This document shows positions 12,226-25,675 of a stretch of 64,000 bases of DNA, in pieces. The first letter of the stretch is position 1; every line of letters starts with the position of its first letter. The notes below the pieces were generated by a model. It ran no database searches and was not told the origin of the DNA. It saw only the letters and a list, made by a program, of their open reading frames with translations. Where the stretch lies: contig NC_081373.1 in assembly GCF_030684315.1 (NCBI RefSeq), positions 48,932,066 through 48,996,065 of the forward strand, in the 5' to 3' direction. Source of the DNA: Stegostoma tigrinum (lineage: Eukaryota). A program made the position numbers and the translations under genes.

Positions 12226-14001
12226 ACAGGGTGTTGGCAGCGCAAGGCATGGCCACCAATGGTGGAAATTGAAGACATACACATAGGCAGAACTGGAAGG
12301 GTGCAAAGATTTCTGGGAGCAACAGGCTAGAGAAGCTGTCAGCGACGGCCAGGGCAAGGTTGAAGAATTTAAAAACTCACCAGGCAGTCCTGAAATGTTG
12401 ACCCAAAATGGAGAATTACAGTAGTGAAGTCCTGGAAATGCAGGTGGTGGCTAGTGTGTTAATTTCCGGATATCTCCCACATGATTCTGCATACATGGCT
12501 ATCAAGGATCCCAGTGACAAACCAGTGAGATACAATAATAGGGTGAGATTCCAAGACAAAGGAAATACCTTGAGTAGGGGTGTTCTCATTCATCTGAGTG
12601 CGCCCTGGGCATATGCACAGTGGCAATACAAGCAATGACACTTCCTAAATAGGATTACCGTTACGCTGGTCAGCAGACTTTTGAGGACGCATTGCTAGTG
12701 TCTAGGCAGATCAGGAGACACCCTCTAATGCTCTCTTACAAAGCTGTTGGTGATCTTATAAGTTTACCAAGCTCTCCATAACATTTTCTTTCAAACAGCG
12801 CGAACCTTGAGGACAGTGGGGCATTGGAAGGAGATAGCTCAAATGGAACAGTATTAGCAGCATGAGGCAAGACAGAAAATCATGTTGAAAGGACGTGGCA
12901 TAGAGCAGAGAACTGCCTCTGCTGCATGACCATGTGGCCTTTTCCTAGTACCCTCTGGGAAGAGGATCCACCTCCTCTCCATCCTCGCTCCAGATGCAGA
13001 TGCATAATTGCAATGAGATCAGGGCCTGTCCTGAACCACTCCTCTGAGGCACTTTGACAGCTCATTCCACATAGAGCAATGGAAGGCTTCAGAAAAACTA
13101 ATGCTCTATCACAAAAAAAAAGATCAGTCTCACTGAACGTTGGCATGGGGAGTCTAAATGAGTCAGACTTTCTTCCGTCTCTGTTCCCTTCACCTCTTCT
13201 TCCAAATGGTAGGAAACCCTCCTCCATATCATTTTAAGGGCTTAACTGTATGAAAATCTAAACCTGCTGGAGACAGGACAAAGTGTTGCAATGGCTTCCC
13301 AAAGTCTCCTCTGGGGAACTTACCTAGGAGTGATGTGGAAACCATCAGGCCATTCCAGAGAAATGCACATCCAATTTGACCAGTTACAGCCTCGTTTAAG
13401 GGCTATTTTCAGAAACCCACATCTGTTTCTTGCCATTGGAGCCCAGAGGCAGGGCTGCGTTAGATAGCTTTAATCAGGAGACACAAGGCCCATGGATGGG
13501 ATACAGAATGGCATCCACACTGACACCCCTCATGAGACTGTGCCAGTTCTTTCCTTATACTAGCCTATATAAGTACCTCCATTTCAAGATGTTGGCATGG
13601 TCCAACACAAGTCGTCACATGAGATAGGGATACTAACCAAACATGCTGCAGATCCTCCTACTGGAATTCACACTTGTCTGTTTCACTCACCATACTTAAA
13701 TGGCCACTGCCAAGAAGATCATGCCTCTCATCCTGCCATGGCCAGTGGCAGAACCAAGATCCACAAGTTAGGCCAAAATTAACGTCATAACCCACACAGG
13801 AAAAAAAAATCAGCTCAATGACTCTAAGGAGACCACACTTCCGGGTGTGATGACTTCAAAACGTGAAAACAAAAGGTATGCATTAGATTCAAGATGTTTA
13901 CTCAAACCTATGTGGCATTTAAACTAAAGGAACTGACAGCCTGTGATATAAGGCCCCTTGAATAGAAGTGGGGGGGGGCGGGGGGAAAGAGTGTTCGTGT
14001 G

Positions 14002-14129
14002 NNNNNNNNNNNNNNNNNNNNNNNNNNNNNNNNNNNNNNNNNNNNNNNNNNNNNNNNNNNNNNNNNNNNNNNNNNNNNNNNNNNNNNNNNNNNNNNNNNN
14101 NNNNNNNNNNNNNNNNNNNNNNNNNNNNN
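14002..14129. other. Assembly gap (128 N)
   Basis: Run of N. Confidence 1.
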
Positions 14130-14657
14130 CAAATCTAACTCTGATGCAAATTTTCCACAATGTGCAGTACCTGTTACTTTTAAAAAAGGGAAGCAGTCAT
14201 CATTTGTAACATTACACTAACTAGAGAAAGAAGTGATTAGCTTCCTTCTAGTGCATGTGCACGTGTGGAGAAAACCAAAAGGCAAGAAAATGATTGTGTT
14301 GGTTTGGAAATTCCAAGCAGTCAAAATTTGTGACAATTTCAACAAGACTCAAATCTCATCAATCTTACAAATATGCTTGCTTTATGTTTGTACAGAAATA
14401 AATCCCAATACTTTAAATGCATTGCTTAGTGAGTATAATGTTGTTAAGAAAGCTGAGTTTTGTCAGACACAGCTGCGCTATCACTGAAAATGTATTTTCT
14501 GTCAGAACATAGAAATGAAACAGTAGTTATATAAAATGAGATTGCATCATATAGTCAAGTATTACTAACTACCACCTATTGCTATTAAGAGCAAGTTAAT
14601 GCCACTAAAATGCATATTGTACTATAGGACGATATATCGAGTGCATTACCACGATAA

Positions 14658-14880
14658 ATAGAATCATAGAATCGTAGCACAGAAGCAGACTATTGGGTCT
14701 AGCATATCTGTGTCAGCTCTCAACATAAACAACTCATGTTTTCTCTGCGCCTTCTCCACCATTTACAATATTTTTCCTCTTCAGGTCATTATTTAGTTCT
14801 CATGTTAATGCTCTTCACCCACACTGCCAGGCAGTGCATTCCAGAGCCTATAAATATTTGCTGTGTAAAGATGTCCTTAA
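14658..14880 (-). mobile_element. CR1 3' tail, degenerate
   Basis: atagaatcatagaatc terminal repeat followed by gcacagaagcagactatt...ggcagtgcattccag. Confidence 0.55.
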
Positions 14881-16654
14881 TCAGTATTATTCTCTAGCTT
14901 CTCCAATCTCTTCACACAACTCATTGCAGGAACTATTCTCGTGGTCTTCTCCATATGCTAAAGCCTTTACCTTGATCCCAAAATGCAATGCCAGCTGTGT
15001 AAGGAAATGGTTCTGAATGGTTAACATTGCAGTCAATATTAAGTTCCAGTGAATCTGATGACATTATAGGGACTAATGGGAAAAGGCAATACAGCTAAGG
15101 ATCTTGAGTTGAAAAGCTGTGTCGTAGGTATCACAGCCTTGGTAGCAATGTACAAATCAATAAAAATATCTTGTACCTGATTCCTATGTTGCAATAAATT
15201 ATATCTTGTTTAACACGAGTAGTTCCTTCTTTAGACTTACTCGATGGCAGCAAATTCCATCAATCACATAATAGTGATTAGCATTGCAAAACATAGGAGT
15301 AGTGGTCATTGGTACATTAACACCTAAAGGTAACAGCTAGTGGACCAAAAAGAGCAGAATTCCAGTGGATCCAGAAACAGCACTGGACATTTATAGCGTT
15401 AAAGATTTTATGGCTTTAAAAATAATTGGACAGTCAGCAGCTGAGCTGCAAAACAGTCTGCAGGCAAACATCTTAGATCAAAGTAGAAACAGAAAGTCCT
15501 TTACTTCAGACCTGATCGGAAATGCAGAAGGAAACGTGGGTGGGAGGCTATACAACTGGATGCTACAGATTCTATCAGAAAATGAGAATTTTTAGCAGCA
15601 CTCCTGGTTGGAGGTTCCTAGAGTGAGTATGAACAGGTTTCAGAACTCCAATAGTAAAAGTGAAAATCCTGTTGGGCAAGGGGAAAGTTTTAAACTGATG
15701 CCTGCACAATCTGATGAGAAGGCTTAAAAATTTTAAAGGAGTGCTGACAGCAATGGCAAGCAGAGAACACAGGGTGCCAATAGCAAACAGACAGCATGAG
15801 GCATGCCCACAGTAAGGAAAATCAAGAACTAACTTAAACAGAGGCTGCATCAACAGTAGCTGCACAAAGCCAGAATCGACAAGACAAAGGAGCAATTCAA
15901 AAGCCTACAGTTAGAATTCACCACAAGACAAGAGTAAGGAGACTATTGGCACTGCTTTAAAACCAGGAGATCCATAACCTCAACCACAGATCAGGCAGGA
16001 GGAAATTTATAAAAGTTGCAGGCACCAGGTTTTATTTAGGAATTTCATGGAAAAGTATAGGCACTATTTATTAGGCCATGAAAGATTGGAATTTATCTAT
16101 CTTGTCTGTGCAGGACTCCAATTTTGCTGCAAGAATGGGGAAATCCCCACTAAGTAAAAGATGTGACATTTTTATACAACAGGATTTAAAGCTTTTAAAG
16201 AGAAATAAATCAGAATTGCTGTATTATGCAGTTTAAAAGCCTTGAAGACAAGAAAACTAAATCAGCATAGCTATAATGAAAATGCAAGTATCTACTTCAA
16301 GAGTGTTTAGTAACACCGATACTACAGAATTAAATTTCAACTAAGAATAATAAATAGTCATATCAGAAAAAAATGGCTGGAAAAATTATACTACCAGTCA
16401 GATTTAATTTAATAGATAGGTCAATAGCTTAGAAAAGCAGCTCTTAAGATACAATTATTTCCAAACTAGGCACTAAATCACAAGCTGAACAAGGAAATGC
16501 GTTACTGTATTCAATAGGACCTATAAAGCTGAGGATACTTTAGCTCAAAACTTAAAATAAGGCATAAACACTTTCAAAGAATATCCACAAGCTTTTCACA
16601 ATTACTTTTATCCAAAGCAGATAAATATTAGTGAAAGAACAGGATTTGACAGAG

Positions 16655-18048
16655 TCGCAGGCAAACAGGGTAGTGAAGGCAGCATTTGGTATGATTGCCT
16701 TTATTGGTCAGTGCGTTGAGTACAGGAGTTTAGTTCATGTTGTAGCTGCACAGGAAATTAGGCTGCTTTTGGAATACGGTGTTCAATTCTAAACTCTACT
16801 TTAGAAAAGATGTTATGAAACTTGAAAGGGTGCAGAAAAGTTTTCCCAGGATGTTGCCAGGGTTGGAAGCTTTGAGCTATAGGGAGAGGCTGAATAAGCT
16901 GAGGCTATCTTTCTTTCCCTGAAGAGTTGGAGGCTGAGGGGTGACCTTAAGAGTTTTATAAAATCATCAGGGGAATGGATAGGGTGAATAGTCAAGGTCT
17001 TTTCCCCAGGGCAGGAGAATTCAGAACTAGAGGGCATAGCTTTAAGGTGAGAGGGGAAAGATTTAAAATGGACCTAAAGGGCAAACTTTTCTTGCAGAAG
17101 GTGGTGCATGTATGGATCAAACTGCCACAGGAGGTGGAGGAGGCCAGTACAAATACAATATTTAAAAGGCACCTGGATCGGTATATGACTAGGAATGGTT
17201 TACAGGGATATGGGCCAAATGCTGGCAAATGGAATTAGATTAATTTAAGATATCTGGTCAGCATGGATGAGTTGGACCAAAGATTTTAAGACATAGGAGC
17301 AGAAATTAGGCTATTCGGCCCAATGGGTCTGCTCTGCCATTCAATCCTGGCTGGTAAGTTTCTCAACCCCATTCTCCTGCTTTCTCCCCGGAACCCTTGA
17401 TCCCCATGACAATCAAGAACCGATCAACCTCTGTCTTAAATGCATTCAGTGGTCTGACCCCCACAACCTGTGTGGGAGTGAATTCCATAGATTCACCACT
17501 CTCTTTCAAAAGAAGTTTCTCCTTATCTCCATTCTAAAAGGTCTTCCCTTTACTCTAAGGTTGTGTCCTCAGGTCCTTGTCTCCCCTACCAATGGAAATA
17601 TCTTCCCAACATCTACTGTTTCCAGGTCATTCAGTAATCTGTAAGTTTCAAATAGATTCCCTCTCATGATCCCCTCTCATCCTTCTAAACTCCATCGAGT
17701 ATCGACCTAGAGTTCTCAAAAATTCCTCATATGTTAATTCCTGGGACCATTCTCGTGAAGCTCCTGTGAACCCACTCCAGGGCCAGTACATCCTTCCTCA
17801 GATATGGGGCCCAAAACTGTGCACAATACTCCAAATGTGGCCTGGCCAGAGCCTTTTAATGCCTCACAAGTACATCCCTGCTTTTATATTCTTCAAAATG
17901 ATTGCCAACATTGCATTTGCCTTTCCAACTAGTGACTCAGCCTGCAAGTTTACCTGGGAAGAATCCTAGAACCCCCAAGTTTCTTTGCATTTCAGACTTC
18001 TGAATTTTCGTCTGTTTCCGTGCTATACGTGTCCATGACTCTGAGTCT
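16655..18048 (+). mobile_element. CR1 LINE 3' end split by a second CR1
   Basis: ORF 16975-17238 MDRVNSQGLFPR..TRGHSFKV..HVW..LP. The tail is broken between gagttggaccaaag (~17282) and gtctgtttccgtgct (18010). Confidence 0.9.
17287..18008 (-). mobile_element. CR1 LINE 3' end (second subfamily), antisense nested insertion
   Basis: taagacataggagcagaaattagg tail followed by reverse CR1 ORF2 motifs (cccaaaactgtgcacaatactcc = EYCAQFW). Confidence 0.9.
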
Positions 18049-18580
18049 GTGGCTAAGAGGTCAGGATTTAGCAGACTCCATTGATAATTTGTTATTAACC
18101 TCTACAAATTAGTGAAAAGCTGAGGTTATGGAGTTTTGAAACCAGAATTAATATGTGGCTGAATTACTATTGGGATGACTGAGGAGTTGTTACAGTCCAA
18201 AGAAGATTTTAATTTGAAGAAAGCTAATTCAGATAATGGAAGCAGAAACCAGTAAGAATCAGAGAAAGTCCTGGGAGGAGAGGGACAGCCACACCACAGG
18301 ACAGCAGAATACATTCAGTTTATAAGATATACAAAAACTCTGAAGACACACATGGCTAGTTAACACTTGAGCTCATTGAACAATCTTTAATCAAAATTGT
18401 TCACTCACCAACACAACCTGGTGAATAAATCACAACAGATTTAGATTTAATGTCAGGTGATAAAACAGCACAAATTTAAGGGCAACGCTTCTTTTTTTCC
18501 AACTTTCAAGTCCGAATTATCAGTGCCAGTAATAACATCAAGACAGTGGCAATCTCCAAATAACATAACAAAAGGTTGTT

Positions 18581-18630
18581 TACACCTTGTTATGTCAGAT
18601 TCTCCAGCATCAGCAGTTCCTACTATCTCT
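18581..18630 (+). mobile_element. 50-bp terminal fragment of PLE family 1
   Basis: tacaccttgttatgtcagattctccagcatcagcagttcctactatctct. Possible TSD aaaaggt (18570-18576 / 18631-18637). Confidence 0.8.
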
Positions 18631-18779
18631 AAAAGGTGTGAGCATATTGTGCATACGTTGAGACAATCATGAACATTAACGAAGGCACTCAACCTAAATT
18701 ACGCATTGAAGTCAAGAGTTTACATATTTTAACATGGAGGTATCAGCAGATGGAGAGTAAAGATACAAATTGAAAATGA

Positions 18780-19495
18780 GCTGTAAATGACACCAAGTGA
18801 GCTATGCTTGATGTGAGACGATCAATGTCCATAGATTCAGGACTCTATCAAGAAAACCAAACTTGCAAAGGGATCCAGGATACTGTCAAGATGAAATTGC
18901 CTGGCTCAGAAATCCAGGATAATGCCAAAACTAAATACCTGTTTCGACAGAGTTGTCATCTTATATGACAGGAATTCATGAGATTACAAATTCCCCTCAG
19001 ATTACATCAAGGGGCAAATGAAATTCAGGAGATTACAGGTGCTCCGGTTAAGGTAATGGAGACACTACCTGGTTTAGCAGAGCATCATCCTCAGCAAAGG
19101 ACATTCAACAGATAAGAAGTCCACTCGTGTAGAGAGGTTTTACAGACCATGCAAGGTCAAAACTGAATCAAGGTCAACAGTCCTCGAATCAAACACAGAC
19201 CAATTTTCCAAGTCCAAAAAGAACACATTCTGGAAGAAACCTCCAGACTACTTGAATTTGTGAAGTCAATGACTTGTGGGGAGATTGGGAAATGGTAAAT
19301 ATAAACATAGACATATGTCTGAAGATGTTGTCTGTGGTAATGATTAAAAAGAGTCAGTATTGGTCAATGATAAGTGCTATCTAATCTGATGATGTCATTC
19401 AGACCAAGAAGTGGAGAAAGCAGAACAGTTTAAGATTTTACAGTGAATACTTATATCCCAGACTTCTCATTTTCTGAAGAACAATGTCTATCACA
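18780..19495 (+). mobile_element. Possible Gypsy 3' end: pol C-terminus, purine tract, short LTR
   Basis: aagaaacctccagactacttgaatttgtga = KKPPDYLNL* resembles Gypsy pol termini. It is followed by ggggagattggga and a TG...CA segment (~19326-19494). Confidence 0.4.
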
Positions 19496-21829
19496 TAAAT
19501 GTATAATATTGCCATCATGCAATAAATTACATCTCGTTTAAGACGAGAGAACTCCCTCATTGAGGCTCAGTTAGTGACGACAAATTACCCCAATCACAAG
19601 CTGATAAGTTTGGCATCATAATAGATACAAGAGGTGCACTCAGAACTGAACACGATACCACAGTTAATGTTGAACTGTTGGTTTATACAACGCTACTGTA
19701 ATTTGCCTGCTTTTGTGCTCTTCCCCCTGTTTATAAAGACCAGGATTTGGCATTCTTTGAGAGTTACTTTCTCAATCTTTGATGATTCTAACCCAAGTAC
19801 ATACTTATGATTCACAAATCACAACATGGAACTTTTAAAGCAGGCCTATCCTGAATGGATCCTCCAAAAATCTTCTGAAAGGAGTGATGTCCGATTGAAA
19901 TACTGCTTGTGTTCCTCATTTATAATTTGCAAAGAATTCAACGCCAGTAGCAAAGTAAGCTCTTGGCTTTTACTCCCACTAGAATTAATTCAGCCAAAAC
20001 ATTCCCAACTTTCATTTCACTTCACAGAAGTGTTGAAAACAAAAAGCCAACTTTAATTCTTTGGAGTCAAAGCTGTTACAAACAGGTATCACTTTAGGAG
20101 TCTGATGGGTTATAGTTAAACAATAGACATTTTAGTTATCTGCTTTGAAACATACAAATTGTCAAATCCAAATAATCTACACCAAAAGTTTTAAGTGTGA
20201 GTGAAGCAAAGTCAGTGATTTAAACTTATTATTTTGCAAGGTTAAATGTAATTAATGGATTGGGAAGTGGGAACAGGCCCAGGTTTACTACGGGTCAGAC
20301 AGTTCTTATTCCAGTGTGAATAGAAATTGTTGATGGGATCCTAAGGAATTAGGCAGGATAACAGTCAAAAGTTACACAAACAATTGGGTATCTCTTCCAA
20401 AATCTGACATGTCAGTGCCACTGGCCTATAGCATTGCATAATTTGATACTTATTATTGAGTTTTCTAATGAGAAGCCAATGCTTTTCCTTACTTACGTCA
20501 CGTCAGGATGTTAAAGGTGTGACTGTTGAAGTATGAATCAAAAGCAAGTGGACGATTACCTTTTTCATTTTAGAGGTTTCACTGGTTGCTTCTGAAGTTA
20601 AAGCCAAAGTCAATATTATAAAATTATAGACATTCTCTCAACGAGTTTATCCAAAAACCCTCTCCTGTGACCATTATGCTAACTATCATGTTTAATGCAG
20701 AGAAGTGCCTTGATGATAAGCTAGTTTTGAAATATGTGACAAGAATTTTAAAATCTTCACTTATGCTTAAAGCAGCTTGCCTACGGTTTATTTTTCCAGC
20801 AGGCCCCACCAAGGTTCAAATAACCATACACAATGAACAGTCAACACCATTTAACCATATCAAACAGTTGAAAACTACACAGTCACTACTTCACTTATGT
20901 TTCTCTGCCCATTGCTGGTCCTAACAGTTGCTGCCTGTTTCAAAGGAAATTGGACCACAGAAATACAGTGCATCAAAGCATCAAACCAAATGTGGCCCCT
21001 TTTTCTTTACGCTGAGAATTTGTCTAGCAGTGCTCTACGACTGTGTGTCACAAGCCATCTTCACCATTCAATATACACATTGACTTCCTACAGTTACACA
21101 TAATATAGGCTTAGCCTGATCAGCAGCCTCAGATAGGACCTAATCTGACTATTCACTGTGCAAGTTTAAGGGCATATCAAAGCTATCCTGTAAGATAATG
21201 GCTCATTGTATATCATGCAAAGTGATGAATGGTCTCAAGGCCATCACTTCTGATTCTGAAAAGATGTCCAATCTATCTTCAATTACCCTGAAAGGCTAAA
21301 ATATCTGAACAATGTGAAGGTTTCAAACAGTTACTTTACAACAGCAACACACGTAGTGTTTGCCACTTACTGGATGCTGCCAGCAAACAAAAAGGATATC
21401 TACTCATACACAAATGAGTAATGTGCTTTATGAATTTCACTGCTGGTATAATGCCAGATATCTAGGTCATCCGTCAGAGTTTGTGATGGATCACATCAAA
21501 CAACATAGCCCTTTGCAACAAGCAAAAAACCATCCATAGCCATCCAGTGCACGTTTGTAAAACTTCAAGCACACTGTCCAATCTTGGATGAGATTCTGTA
21601 ATTTGACAACATTTGCTTAATAATCCCAGCTGTGTGCAGAATTGTGCTGACCATGAATTTAGAATTGCAAGTTGAATTCACAGCGTAGCGTACTGCATGG
21701 AATGGAAGTAACATATATCAATACACAGAGCCATGTTCTTTGCACAGACAGAAGTTGTACACACACTACACCTTTTTGAAATCAAAGTAGGCAATGTCCA
21801 TTTGTTGGTTCATTTATCAGTGCACTGAC

Positions 21830-22075
21830 TTGACCAGAGTCAGTCTGTCTGGTTTAAAATGTTAACAAGCCTGGTGGTCAGCTATTAATCATCATTAACA
21901 GGGCATTCTTCACAGCAATACTACAACCAATGACTTGCCAACCAATGAACACTCTCCTCTCACACAGTGCACATGATTGTTTTCTCTTAACTAGGTATTC
22001 TTGCAAATTGTTACAACAAATGAAAATTGAAAAGCTTCAACAAAATAATGTTTTCTTTTCTCAATAATACTTAAA
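21830..22075 (+). mobile_element. Old PLE terminal remnant, family 4, eroded HHR
   Basis: ttgtt...GAAAAGCTTC aacaa (22029-22038); homologous to the minus-strand copy at 58310-58430. Confidence 0.5.
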
Positions 22076-23554
22076 TTCAGGCCTATAAAATGACTACACG
22101 TATTTACATTAAATGTTCAGATCAGCAATACTCCAATTGCCCCAAGTAGTCTATTCCAGTGTACATGTTTCACACAAACCTCCTCCTATCCCTCAACATT
22201 TACTGCTATTAGTTTCTTCTCTCAAGCAAGTACTCAATTTATACAGGTGTTGCACTCTCCCAATGGCAATATGCTGGTCAATACTGCAAAATTGATGGCA
22301 GAAGTCCCACCTGAGGAGAGGCAAAAATGACCAAGTGGATTTTTATGGCAAACTAAATGTGCGTATCTCTAAAGAGAGGGAATTGAGGATTCTGGTGAAA
22401 AATTGGGTTATTTTCTCCAAAGTGATGACCTTGATAAACTAGTATGTTTTACTACTTCCTAAAAAATTGATACACTTTTATTGCTAATTGGATACTTGTT
22501 CCAAAGGGATAGCTGGTCAGATGTTTGAAATATAATCCAAAGTTGAAATGATGTCAAACTGTGAGGGTGATGTGCAGGCAATTTATAAACTCAATTGAAC
22601 CTGGTGGTTGTTTTTATAGTCTCAAGCACGTACTATCTGAAAGAGCTATTATTTTATGATGCAGTTCTCTCAGGGCAACCAGAGATTTATGACATAAATA
22701 CTCACACTGGGACATTACTTCATGATAACACTGTCTCATATGTATAATGGATTATTTCTGTGGCAAATAGTATCTCCTCATCACACACAAATACGCTAAA
22801 TTCTGGTAAACTAACTAGATTCTCAAAACTGCTCTCTGAATGTCATCATCTGAAGGACATAAAATGACTTGCTAAAAACTACCATATCAATTATAATGGA
22901 AAGCATTGTCTTAAAAAAATACAAGAGATAGAATATAGAGCTAATCCAATTCACAGACTCCGATAAATCATTCAGGCCTTTTTCCTGTTCTTCGTAGTGT
23001 TATGTTATCTGAATGATACAATTAGATTCAACTTAAGAATTTTCTCTCAGGCTAACTATACCTTCACATATTTTACAGCATCTTATTCTCAATACACAAA
23101 CTAACAATTGCATTTACTTCAAAGAAAGGCATTCAATCTTTGTTGATCCTCCGAATAATTTAGTGAGAATTATTTTCAGCACTAATATATTGGATTTGCA
23201 ATCCGCAGCAGAATGAAAATGATGCTGCTCTGAGGCATTTTTAGGCTGTTTGATATTCTCTATTGCTCAAAAGTAAAAGGGGAAGGAAAACATTTGTCCC
23301 TTTCTTTAAAAAGCAACACAGCCATTGGCTCCAATTTAGATCTCTCTCTAACTTATTTTTTCTCCCCCAACTTTCAAACTTTGTCTGCATCAGTCTGTTA
23401 TTCAGATCCTGGCAGCAAAACCTGTCTCAACAGGTGTGCTCCTTCAAATGATAATGCAGAAGTGTCAGACGTACTTTCAATAGTGGCATCGATGTTGGAG
23501 ACAGCATTTATAAGGGAACAAGTCAGGAAACAGTAAAAGCAAGCTATTGTGTAT

Positions 23555-23660
23555 ACTGGAATCTTGAAATAAGAAATGAAATTTCAGAAAACCCAACAGA
23601 TTTAGCAGCATCTCAGAGTTAATGAATGTTTTGAATCAAATCTAACTCTTCTTCAAAACT
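23555..23660 (-). mobile_element. PLE terminal remnant, family 2
   Basis: Reverse reads agttttgaagaagagttagatttgattcaaaacatt..taactctgagatgctgctaaatctg. Confidence 0.55.
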
Positions 23661-23691
23661 CCACTTATGACAATTTAGTTATCAATTAGAC

Positions 23692-23890
23692 AGATAACAA
23701 AGTGAAGAGCTGGATGAACACAGCTGGCCAAGCAGCATCAGAGGAGCAGGAAGGCTGACGTTTTCTGAAGAAGGGTCTCTGCTCAAAACATCAGCCTTCC
23801 TGCTCCTCTGACGTTGCTTGGCCTGCTGTGTTCATCTAGCTCTACACCTTGTTATCTCAGATTCTCCAGCAGTGGCAGTTCCTGCTATCT
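23692..23890. mobile_element. PLE-derived fold-back element, family 1
   Basis: Inverted arms joined at ctgacgttt|tctgaagaagg (~23763). Degenerate TSD ttagttatcaatta / ttggttacaaatta. Confidence 0.85.
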
Positions 23891-24992
23891 TGGTTACAAA
23901 TTACATGGTTTCATCATGATTTCTGATTATTGCTCGTCCAAATGTAGTATGGGAAACATTCACTGACTGAGCTTTGCAAAAACATTCATATTCACATCCA
24001 GAAAATACTGTGGCAGCTATTATTTTTGAACAATTACTATGTGACATTTAACTTTGAAACTGCCTGTTGCAGCACCACCCACAGCTACATGTTGGCACTT
24101 TCAAATTGCAATACTTTTGATTCAGGTATTTCAAATGCATATCAAATATATAATGTTGCAAACCATCCACTTGTTTTGACAGATGGTTAATTTCTCACTT
24201 CTGGCTTCATGAAAATATAGTAACAAACTGGATTTTTGACGAACCAGCAATTCAGTAGTATATCCTTGTTAGGTGCTTGGTTTTCGATGAGGAATGTGAC
24301 AATTGTATTGTTTTGATGTGCAAGGGACATCAATGGACGTCTAGATCTGTGAATGATGTCGACACAGCTTGGTCTATTTGATCAATTTACATTTATCTTA
24401 CTGAGACATGTAGCAATTTTGCCCTTCAACATTTAAAAAAAAACTACATTTAATGGAAAGAAATAGCTTTCATTTCTGCCTGTAACTCCTACGACAGCTG
24501 GATACAATTCACAACACAATCTGATATAAACAAAACGTGGAATTCAGGTTCAGCCTTTAATTTTATGGGCAAAACATAAAATGCCCTCCAGTTAATGGTG
24601 CAAGATGAAGCATTGCCTATCATTAATACCACATTCTAACACTACCCTTACCATTTTTGATCAAGTTGTACGAGCTAGTTGAAGTCTGGGTCACCATAGG
24701 GTAGACTTGCTAACATCAGCCACCTTTTTACTGAGATCTTAAGGAACTATCTTATATAACGTGGTGGAGGAAAATCATTAGACGGTCGAAAAAGAAGGGG
24801 CTCTTAATCAAACAAGATGTAGCAATTATAGGCCAGTTACAATGGTAGGATAGACATTATTACCCAAAAAAAAGGTCTATCTTCTTCATTAGTTCTCCTT
24901 GCCAAGTCCAAATGGCATTTTACTGGGCACTTCTTCATTCAGTGGAGCTGGATGAACACAGCAGGCCAAGCAGCATCTCAGGAGCACAAAAG

Positions 24993-25024
24993 CTGACGTT
25001 TCGGGCCTAGACCCTTCATCAGAG
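24993..25024 (-). ncRNA. Minimal hammerhead ribozyme motif, intact core
   Basis: Reverse strand: ct CTGATGA a GGG-tctagg-CCC GAAA C GTC ag. Confidence 0.8.
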
Positions 25025-25344
25025 AGGGGGATGGGGAAAGGGAACTGGAATAAATAGGGAGAGAGGGGGACGTGGACCAAAGATGGAGAGAAAAGAAGAT
25101 AGTTAGAGAGGAGAGTATAGGTGAGGAGGTAGGGAGGGGATAGGTCAGTCCAGGGAAGACAGACAGGTCAAGTAAGCGGGATGAGGTGGTAGGTAGGAAA
25201 TGGAGGTGCGGCTTGAGGTGGGAGGAAGGGATGGGTGAGAGGAAGAACAGGTTTGGGAAGCAGAGACAGGCTGGGCTGGTTTTGGATGCAGTGAGGGGAG
25301 GGGTCGAGCTGGGCTGGTTTTGTGATGCAGTGGGGGGAGGGGAG

Positions 25345-25675
25345 ATTTTGAAGCTTGTGAAGTCCACATTGATACCATTGGGCTGCAGGGTTCCCAAGCG
25401 GAATATGAGTCGCTGTTCTTGCAACCTTCGGGTGGCATCATCGTGGCACTGCAGGAGGCCCATGATGGACATGACGTCTGAGGAATGGGAGGGGGGAGGT
25501 AAAATTGTTCACGACTGGGAGGTGCAGTTGTTTGTTGCGAACCGAGCGGAGGTGTTCTGCAAAGCGGTCCCCAAGCCTCCGCTTGGTTTCCCCAATGTAG
25601 AGGAAGCCACACCGGGTACAATGGATACAATATACCACATTGGCAGATGTGCAGGTGAACATCCGCTTGATATGG
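25345..25675 (-). pseudogene. GIY-YIG endonuclease domain of PLE (frameshifted)
   Basis: VVY...YIG motif with CxxC in ORFs 25438-25695 and 24978-25472. Confidence 0.9.

Noticed and set aside
13908-14220. ORFs spanning poly-X
   Set aside because: Artefacts of the N gap.
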